This document shows, in pieces, positions 46,560 through 64,000 of a stretch of 64,000 bases of DNA (position 1 is its first letter; every line of letters starts with the position of its first letter). Source of the stretch: Sphaerodactylus townsendi. Lineage: Eukaryota. Location of the stretch: NCBI RefSeq assembly GCF_021028975.2, contig NC_059428.1, positions 151,218,001-151,282,000 on the forward strand, given 5' to 3'. A model generated the notes under the pieces. That model made no database searches. It had not been told where the DNA came from and saw only the letters and a program-made list of their open reading frames with translations. Made by a program: the position numbers and the translations under genes.

Positions 46560-47502
46560 GCCACACAGGAGGAGGGAATTCCCAGGAGCCGTTCCTGGCG
46601 GGTGCCTGGCAGGAAGTCTGCTGTGCTACGTCCGCGTGAGGCCAAGTAGGGAGGGCTGCAGCAACGGCATCGTCTTCACCTCCAAGAGACACTGACAGCG
46701 ACACGTTTGTCTTCATCTGGGCACAGAATTACCACTGGGGGGGCAGGGGGTGGGGTGGGGGAACAGGGCAGGCTGGGGTGGGGCAGCTATTAATCTGGTG
46801 CACAATTGCAAGGAGCAGTTGTTCTCTGCAGAATCATTTTGAGCGGGGGATTAAACCCAAACGGTTTTATTTTCTCTCTCTCTTTTTTTGTTGCTGTGTT
46901 AAAAGAGTGCAGATCACATATCCGGGGGTAGGATAGAAAAGGACAGGCAGAGGGGAGAAATGCTTCAGATAGGCTGCAGATGGGGTGGGGTAGGTGGACA
47001 GAGTGCAGATCTGGGGGGGGGGGAGTCGTAAGCAAGATGTTGTTCTGCAAACCAACTTGTGGGATCTGAGCTGCAGAGCAGCAAGGAACCCTTCAGAGCT
47101 CACCTGCGCCTCTCTTTCTGGCTCCACCCCTACCTTATCTTTTCAAAAGCCACCTGTAGTCTGTTTTTGCCCTCTTCGCCTCCAAAAAAAAAACCACCTG
47201 GGATGCTGACTTTTTAACCTGCAGAACAAAAACAGCCTTCTCGAGACTGCAGAGTTTTTGCAGGAGACACAAATTGGAAACAAAACTTGTATATTTGGCT
47301 GAATAAAATTTAAATTATCGTAAACTGCTTGGTCTGAGGGTTGTTGTTTTTTGAGAGTGGGGCGGGGGGAATATGCCAAAGAGCTTGGCAACTTTCCATA
47401 TTGTGACTTGGAAATTATTCCCAGGCCTATCACTGAGATGGGACAGCAGACACCCTTTCCATGGTCTCAGCCAATGAACATGCCATTTCTAAACGGGTAT
47501 AC

Positions 47503-48064
47503 TAGGAGTCTAGTGCCTAGATCGAGGGATGTAATTGTACCTCTCTATTCTGCATTGGTTAGACCTCATCTGAAATATTGTGTCCAGTTCTGGGCACCGC
47601 AGTTCAAGAAGGATGTTGACCAGCTGGAACGGGTCCATAGGAGGGCAACCAAATGGTGAAAGGGCTGGAGTCCATGTCCTATGAGGAGAGACTTTAGGAA
47701 GCTGGGGGTGTTTGGTGAAGAGAAGGTTAAGAGGTGACATGATAGCCCTATTTAGATATTTGAAGGGATGTCATGTGAGTTAGGCAGCAAGTTGTTTTCT
47801 GCAGCTCCAGAGACCAGAACAAAGTAATGGATTCAAGGTAAAGGAAAAGAGATTTCCCCCTAAACACCAGCAAAAACTTCCTGACTTTCAGGGCTGTTCA
47901 ACAGTGGAATGCATTACTTCAGAGTGTGGTGGAGTCTCCTTCTTTGGAGGTTTTTAAAGAGAGGCTGGATGGCCATCTGTCAGGAGTGCTTTGATTGTGT
48001 GTTCCTGCATGGCAGGGGGTTGGACTTGATGGCCCTGGGGGGTCTCTTCCAACTCTATGATTCA
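47503..48064 (+). mobile_element. CR1 LINE 3' fragment (RT C-terminus + 3'UTR)
   Basis: Translation [45 protein letters not shown] is the classic CR1 ORF2 motif; frameshifted. Confidence 0.92.
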
Positions 48065-49112
48065 AGAGGTATCTTTACCCCTTGCTTGCAGAGCGAGCTT
48101 CACTATTCCTGTCCCTATATGTATTTTCCTTGCCTTAACAATCAAAAAGTGCTATCAAGTCACAACAGACTTAGCGCAATCACTCATGGAGGATTCCAGG
48201 CAGGAAATGAACAGAGGTGTTTCATCATTGCCTGCCTCTGTGTAGAAACCCTGGACTTCCTTGGTAGTCTCCCATCCAAGTACTAACCAGGGCCAACCAG
48301 GTTTAGCTTCCACACTTTGACCAACGTACAGCCAGTCTGGGCTCTAACCAGTGCTTCCATCCCTCGCCTGTTATGTCGTCTGTCTCTTAGAGTTGGGCTT
48401 GTTTCTCTGAAACTCAACTGCTGGCACATTAAAACACATGCACATTAAATAATATTTCTTGGACTGCTGATAAAACCGGAGGCATAACTTGACCCATCAT
48501 CTAGAAAAGGCTTACTTTTTCAAAGAGCAAGAATTCCTTTTTCCCTGAGCTCAACTTCGAACTTTGTGAGTCACTTCTGATGTTCTGCTTCCCAGGATAC
48601 CTCATCCTGCTGACTCTGTGCTACCCAGGGAAGGGGGGCAAACATCTTAACTTAGGGATCCCCAACACGGTGCTCATGGGACCCATGGCACCCTCCAACA
48701 CCTTTCCTGGCATCTGCCAGGTGTTTTCAGAAAGAGGGAGGGGCCATGTGTGTCTCTTGCCCAGCAGGGCTTCTGACTGGCCACAGGAGATCCGCTTAAA
48801 AGAATACATTTTCAGCTGCCACCACAGTTGTGGTTTTATTCCCTCTCATTCCACTTTCCCAGAATTTTTTTTTTAATATTACCCCTCTTCTGTGAGCTTA
48901 GGTGTGTCATCTGTCTATGCAGCTCTGCCTTCTGTGGCAGCCATTTTATGACTGGCCCCACCCCCTGCAACAGCCATTTTATGGTTGCACCCACCTTCCC
49001 TGTGTGAGAATTCCAGTGGTGTACACAAACTCAAAGGGGGGAAGGGGCTTAGTTGGTAGAAATGTCACCTTCCAGCACAGCTGGGGAGAGGGGAAGCTGC
49101 GTTTCCTTAGCA

Positions 49113-49310
49113 GGAGCAGCAGTGGCATAGTGGTTAAGAGGAGGTACACTCTAATCTGGAGAACCAGGTTTGATTCCCCTCTCTGCTGCTTGAGCTGTGG
49201 GGGCTTATCTGGGGAATTCAGATTAGCCTGTGCACTCCCACACATGCCAGCTGGGTGACCTTGGGCTAGTCACAGTTCTTCGGAGCTCTCTCAGCCAACT
49301 CTTCTTCTTT
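49113..49310 (+). mobile_element. Squam3-like SINE (internally deleted)
   Basis: Head AGCAGTGGCATAGTGGTTAAG; tail CTCTTCTTCTT. Confidence 0.8.
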
Positions 49311-49638
49311 TTATAAGAAGGATCCTGTAAGTTAATAGCTTGCAACACTACTGAACTCCAAATAATAATTGTGGGGGAAACAGCAACTCAAGTAGAAGGA
49401 CACCGTCAGCCCTGCCCATTGGCATGAAGAGAAACAATTTATTTTAGGCTGTTTGTCACCTGAATTTCTCTCTTGTTTTATTAAGCACAGCTAATATGCT
49501 CCTCTTCCAAGGTTGGGGGAACAGCAAGAAAGCTTGTTGCTGCTTGGATTTGTCTTTGCTGTGACTCACGGGATGGCAAGAAGGAAGCGGGTGAAGGAAG
49601 CAAACAGCTGCTGGACAGGAAGCCCCTTGACGGTTCCT

Positions 49639-57755
<8,117 letters not shown>

Positions 57756-60536
57756 TCAACCTTGGAGGGGGAAAAAAGCCCAGTTACCTTTCCAGGTCCT
57801 ACATTTAACGTTTTGCCAAAAAGAGTCTAAGTCGAACGTTCCGGAGAGCCTGTGCTGAAAATGCCCAGGGATGCCATCTCCAGGTTGGGAAATTCCTGGA
57901 GATTTGAGGGTGGAGTCTGAGGAGGGCGGGGTTTAGAGAGAAGAAGGATCTCAGCATGGTACAATGCCAGAGAGTCCAGTCTCCAAAGCAGCCATTTTTC
58001 TCTGGGGAAACTGATGGTCACAGTCTGGAGATCAGTTGTCATTCTAGATCTCCACGCCCTCCCTGGAAGTTGGCAACCCTCAGGCTGGTTGGGGAGGTCT
58101 TCCTCACCCTTCTGACCACCCCAACCGCACACAGATTGGAGGAATGTCTTTACTGCCCAGAAAACCGTTCACCGGGTTTCTTCAGCCTATGAAAACAGAT
58201 CCCAAATGAAATGTCTATCAGCTGAAAGAACCAAGGTATTTTGCATTGCATTGGAGACCCATTTTAATCTGCTCGGACACGCCCAGCTTTTTTGTGTTTT
58301 GGCAAGGAGAGTTTTTTTTTTAATCAAGCATTTGGACCTGGCCCTATCCCATTCAACACGAGGGTGGAGAAATTCCCTGGAAAGCATCAGGGGATGGAGC
58401 CCAGCTTTCTGTCATAACAGAACACATCTCCTCCTCTCTGATTCAGTTCCTTCGGCGCCGAGCAGCCTACGAAAGGAAACGAGGCAGGCCCTGATAACCT
58501 TTCAAAACAGGAAGTTAGCTTTTAAAAACCCAGCAAAAAAAAAAAAGAACGCCAAATGGGATCCTCTTGTAGGACAGTAACTTTCCCACAATTGGTTTGT
58601 TCAATGGTATCAGAGTTGAGGCGGCCAAGAAAGGCAGAGGTTGTGCTGTTGTACCATTAAAATGGTGTGGGTGCCTTGCGCGGCTGCACTTTGCTCCCAG
58701 CCATCAACAGCTTGGGAGGGATGTGGTATTACCCTGCCTCCGGGCAGACTGTGCCGCTGTGTCATGGGGGAAATGCAAATGCCCCGCATACCAAGGTGTG
58801 TCCCACAGGAGAAACATCTGTACCTCCTCCACAACAGTCACAAGGGCCCAGAGGTTTCCCAAAAAGGAAATAATCTGTGCTCATCTTTTGCACATGTGCA
58901 GTTGGCTGGTCTCCAGTGGGAATTATGACAAATACCCTCCAGGCAGTGAACTCATCATCCCCGTTTGGCAGCCAATAAGGTGCGCTGGATTTTAAAAACA
59001 AAATGCAGATGCAGCGAAGCAGTGGTTTGATGCACGAAGCTTGCGTGTCAGGACACAGAAATCCGGAGTTTGGGTCCCCTCTCTGTCATGGAGCCGGCTG
59101 GGTAAGCTTGGACCAGCCACATTGTTGGCCTAGCCTACCTCACCAGGTTGTGAGGATGGAAATGGGTATGGGAGATACTCAGCCATCACCCTGGCCACCC
59201 TGGAAGGAGGGCAGGATACAGATATCGACAGACAAATACAGAAGCATGTCAGCCATCTGCTTCTTTCAGGAATGTTCAGGAAGAAATACGGGGTTTCCAA
59301 AGTATATAAAAAGTGTTCAGCTTGTCTGGGGTGGGATGGGCCTCAGCAGTAAAAATCTGTATTAGTTTTGGAAGCAGCAAAGTCTGGCTGTGCTTTTATA
59401 GGGCGTGGCTGTTCACATTTTCTGTTGCTGCAGACAGAAATTTGCGTGATTTGCAAAAATGGGCTCTCTTTTGGGGCAGCAGTTGTGCGGGGGAGGGCAG
59501 GGTCTGTATGTCTTTTAAAACCTACGATCTGCTTGCAAAACTAATAGGTGCCTGGAAAGCTATTTTGTATGTTTATCTGGCCCCCCTCACAAAAAAAACC
59601 CTCACCCACCCACCTGTGGTATATAGCATATACTGGAAAAATGCTGGACAACGTAAGGCTAGATTCCTTATAAGAACCGAGCTTGCAGCCCCAGAAGATG
59701 TTGTCTGCTGCACCCCTGCATGAATTGTTGCTCAGAACTCCCCCCCCCCCACCTCAGTTTCTACTATTAGCATGTTAAGCCCTTCGTGGTCTCACTTTCT
59801 GACATAATTCAATGATCCAAACAGTTCTAATTCACAGCTTTGCCTTTAAGCAAGGCAGGATACACATTCATTAATAAAACAAACACATGAGTTGCTGTTC
59901 TGACCGGGCCTCCTTTCAAGCCAGAGAAGCATTCAGAACAATAAGCCAAGCAGCTGCCGGCCAGATGGGATGTTATTCCTGTGCTTTGAACGCAAACTTT
60001 GGAGTCACTAAAGTCTGATGTGCAGTCTACCCTAAAGACTGTGGGACTAGTAGCTACAAGAGGAAGCAGCCACAAGAGGAACCACAACCGAGCACTTCCC
60101 CTTACATTTTCAGTCATTTTAAAGCGTAGCTGACCCACTACAGAAATTGCCAGATGTCACAGCCGCTCCGGTTATTTTTCCCCTCTGGTTCGCACAAGCT
60201 GGATGCAAACCTAAACCCTTCCTCCCGGTCTCGAAAAGGATGGGAAGTCGCCTCTTCAAAATCCACACGGACCCAAAGTTCGAGAACCTAGTCCCCAGCC
60301 TCCAAACCCCGCAGAGGACTTTTGGAGAAACTTTTTACAGGGAGGACCGAAAGGAAGCCAAAAAAGACGGGAGAGGATACTGAATTCCTCTCCCTTCGTT
60401 GTGGTGCCTGACGCCTTGGAACTTCTGGAGGGCAAGGAAGTCGAAGAAAGGGTGGAGAGAGTCCCTGGCTGTGAGCCAGCAGCTCCGTGGAGCTTCGAGA
60501 ACATCTGTTAGCAGAAGCAGCATCTCCGACGCTTAC

Positions 60537-60850
60537 CTTGAAGAAGCAGAGAAAGGGCTCTTTTTCGTTCTGCCTTCTGAAACCAGGGCCTGGCTAGTTC
60601 ATGGACTCTGGACAGTCGACATGAACCACAGCAGCAGCAGCAGCAGCAGCAGCAACACAGCCGGGCCAGGAGACGGCTGCTCTGAAGTCCTCCGGCTTCC
60701 CCTTCCCTCTCTGAGAAGTGCAACCACTTCCTTGCGTGGGTGTGGAGGAGGCCTCCCTCCTGCCAGGGCAACAGCGGTCCCAGTAGCAGGGAGCTCCGCT
60801 TGCCTGTTCTGGCTCTCTCTCTCTGCAAAAAAGAGGAAACCGTTGCCAGA
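60537..60850 (-). promoter_or_regulatory. ARPC1B: Probable ARPC1B non-coding exon 1 and promoter
   Basis: Strong minus-strand donor CAAG|GTAAGC at 60537/60536, locally CpG-richer, ETS-type cores (CACTTCCT ~60726, AAAGAGGAAA ~60830). The acceptor upstream of the ATG exon is at 57761. The TSS is not determinable from sequence. Confidence 0.55.
60629..60652. repeat. (CAG)8 microsatellite
   Basis: Eight perfect CAG units. Confidence 0.95.
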
Positions 60851-63800
60851 GCCAAAGATCTCCTTTGAAACGGGGAGCAGGGAAAGAGGCGGGAGGTTGA
60901 CAGCTGCCGTTTGGGGGGTGGGGGGTGGGGTGGAATAGAACTGCCCGAGTTTGGTCCAGAAAACCCAACAGATTTAAGCCTTTTGAAACAAGGTTTCACT
61001 AATGAAAGATCCGAGGAATCACAAGTTGCTTTTTCATTATTTGGGGGGATTGCTGGATCAGTAGGGGCGACAGCTCTGGGTTGGGAAACACTCTGAGATT
61101 TGGGGGTAGAATCTGAGGAGGGTGGGTTTTGGAGAGAGGAGGGACCCCAGAACTGTATAATACCGCAGAGCCCACCTCCCAAAGCGGCCGTTTTCTCCAG
61201 GAAAAGTGACCTCTGTCACCAGGAGATCAGATGTAATCCCAGGAGATCTCCAGCCACCATGTGGGGGCTGGCAACCCTATGAATCAGAAGTGACCAATCA
61301 AGGACTATCCTTGGCAGCAAGTATCAGAATCTGGGAGACCCGGATTCAAATCCCCTCTCTGCCATGGAAGCTTTCTGGGAGACCTTGGCCCAGCCATGCA
61401 GTCAACTTTACTACATAGCAGGGTTGTTGTGGGGGGATGAAATGATGGAAGAAGGAATGACATATGATGCTTTGGGTTCCCATTGCAGAGAAAGGCGGGG
61501 TATAAATGAGTGAATGAATAATTTTCCTTTTTAGTGCTCAGAGTAGGACAGCAATGGCGGGGGGGGGGGGGGGGGACCAGCATTCCCCCTGGAAATTGCA
61601 CCCTGAAGGAGCAATTTCCTTTTACTTCACAATAAAGCCAGCCCTGCCCAGATTCCCTAAACAGATTAGAACGCCAACAATCCAGTTGCATCACGGGGTG
61701 GCCATGATGTAGCATTTGGTTTGAGAGTGGCACCTCAGGTCTTCTGGGACTCTGAGACACAGGGAGACCGGAGATGCAAGGTCCAGATCATGGGGGCTAG
61801 CGGCAGAAGGCCAAATATTGTTCTGCCGCTCTAATTGCCAAGACATTGATGACAGCTCAGCCCAAAAGGAGGGGGTCTCCATCCTTTTGGAGCCGGTGGG
61901 CACGTTTTGAATCCTGACAAGGCGTAGCGGGCACAGCCACAAAATGGCTGCCAAAGGAAGCCGAGCTAGTCACAAAATGGCTCCCCTCCTGTCAAACACT
62001 TGAAGAGTGTTGTGCTGTGGTGGCAGTCATTGCCAAAGAGATGCTTTTAAAAATCTGCACAGCCGCTCAAACCTCCAATATGAAGCCTTGCTGGGGAAAA
62101 AAACCCCACCCATTTTTTAGAAATGCCAGGAATGGTGTTGGCGGGGGCCATGACACCATCAGCATCTAAATGTGTGTGTGTGAGGGGGGGGGGGATTTCA
62201 GACAATAGGAAAAAACTCTGCCCCCATTTCTAGAACTGGTATCTAGAGTCACATGAGCAGCACCAGGGCCACAGGGATAGGTGTTACCATCTGTCAATGT
62301 CAGCAGGACAAGATGCTGTTAAGGGCACAGGAGCAGCAGCCAACAAAAGTTAGCAACCTTGTGCCTTGCAGTGCTTGTGCCTTGCAGTGTGCCTTGCACA
62401 AGGCGCTTGTGCCTTGCAGTGTGCAGTTGAAAGAGATGGGTACAACAGAAGAGGGCTATGCCGCCTCCCCAAAAACCAGCAACAAAGACTTCCTCTGCTC
62501 TGACTGGCTACTGAACTAGAGAGCTAGATTCAGACCGAGGAGGACGCATCTGGGAAGCAAAGGTAAGATCGCCCTCCCACCCCCCCACCCCCTGCCAGGA
62601 GAACAAGCGTCCTGAACATGTGGAAATGAGCACTATTTACTGCAAATCGATCCAATTCCAAAGGGACAGCCAGAGCGACACAATTCTGCAGTCCTAAACA
62701 TGGGGAGAAGGGGAATAAGTTCTGCATTTGGATTCCAACTGGGGGAAATGCCCCATGGCGGGGTGAGGGGCGGGGAGCTCAATTCACTGCATTTTCAGCT
62801 GACCCTTGAAGACACAAATCCGGTCTCTTTTTAAAGCTAAGGCACAAGCCGAGGCAGGCTGACCGGGCGCACAATTCAACGGGATTCCCCCTCCCCAAAT
62901 AAAAAGTCCAGAGGTTTCAGCTGCTGAACTTGCCCTGGAAGGTGAAGCAGCCCAGTTGGTTTCCCGTTCTGGGGCAGGCCTCCCCCACTGACTTTCAATG
63001 CAACTCACCTCTGGGGAAACTAACAGGGTCCCGGGGAAAGCTCCATTCCTTCTCGGCAGAGGGCTGATTCTAACCACTTCCTGGTTTGCTGGCTTCCTTG
63101 TGGGGCAGGGCAGGGCAGGGCCTCCCTCCCCTCTCTCGCCTTTCCTCCCTCTCTCGCCATTTAACTATTAGATGCTGCCTCAGACTGGAAGCAGAGATGT
63201 GAGGACAAGTCTTGCAAACAAATGGGCTCAGATGGGGGGGAATGAAATTCACACGGGGGGGGGGCTTCGTAGAAGGGGTCCCAAGATGATGCCAGGTCAC
63301 AGGACTGGGAGATAGTTTTTAGGACAAAGGGGGCTTTGACTCTCGACAGCTCAGTAGCCTAAAAATCTTGCTGGCCTCTGACCTCAAAGCAGGAAGGACC
63401 AGAAGGGACGCTGATAAGAGAGCTCCTTGCGGTCGGGAATGCACTTTGAGGTTTGAAGGTTCGAAGGTCAACAGGTTGACGCAACTTCCGCATGTTGTCT
63501 GAAAACCTTGGAATCGGACAGGGCAGGTGTGGGTGTGGCTGCCAAATCCCAGTTGGGAGATAACTGCTTGCAGAAGAAAGGAACGAGGCATCTATTCCAC
63601 ACGCATCGTTCCCTGCCACCCTTCCTACGTGACCGAAAGTGTTTTTTTGCCCAGGGCCCCAAACTCTCCAAGCCAAGCACTCAACGCATAGAGCCCTGCT
63701 TAACTTCAGACAGCGGGCTGAATTGTGAACCCACTGGACCAAGCTCGGGGATCCAACGCTTCTATTCTACTCCTTCTCTTCCCCCTTCTTCCCTTTTCTC

Positions 63801-64000
63801 AGGGGCTAGAGAAAAACTGGCAGTGAGAAGCCAACCCTGGCTTGCCTCTCCAAGCTGGGGGAGGATTTACAAGGTAGAATGAGTCCATTGCTCAGTTATG
63901 GTCCAGTTATCTTAGGTATCAAGGCACTGCAGTGTACACAGAGGTATTCTGGAGGGTTGCAATCACAACCAAAGAGAAAGATGCTTCTAGCCACAAACGC

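Noticed and set aside
48260-48312. 5S rRNA gene
   Set aside because: Partial, diverged and fused to a repeat tail: a SINE head, not a gene.
60399-61182. ORFs with poly-Ser/Cys/Ala runs (179, 224, 124 aa)
   Set aside because: Translations of the CAG microsatellite and GC-rich or repeat DNA; no homology or exon structure.

Overview
Vertebrate genomic DNA. The repeat content (Squam3-like tRNA SINEs with CTT tails, 5S-headed SINEs, CR1, RTE-X-like LINEs, Penelope-like elements, hAT MITEs) points to a squamate, probably a gecko. The window holds six complete multi-exon genes in the same order and orientation as the human 7q22.1 block: ATP5MF(+), CPSF4(-), PTCD1(+), BUD31(-), PDAP1(+), ARPC1B(-). 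I spliced every coding exon by hand with GT-AG boundaries and consistent phases. There are two bidirectional CpG-rich promoters (CPSF4/PTCD1 and BUD31/PDAP1). The first 12 kb has no recognisable host gene; it is repeat-rich and contains two assembly gaps. The most interesting signals are: (1) a cluster of Penelope-derived elements carrying minimal hammerhead-ribozyme cores, including ~240-260 bp palindromic, TSD-flanked non-coding units; (2) a SINE whose tail now forms the polypyrimidine tract of an ARPC1B splice acceptor; (3) a solo LTR nested in a MITE that places a sense poly(A) signal inside a BUD31 intron; (4) two hAT MITEs stacked in one 8-bp target; (5) a young LINE insertion with an open reading frame and a 14-bp TSD. 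I found no wholly new protein-coding system. Comparisons to human exon sizes and isoforms, and repeat-family names, are from memory and need database checks.
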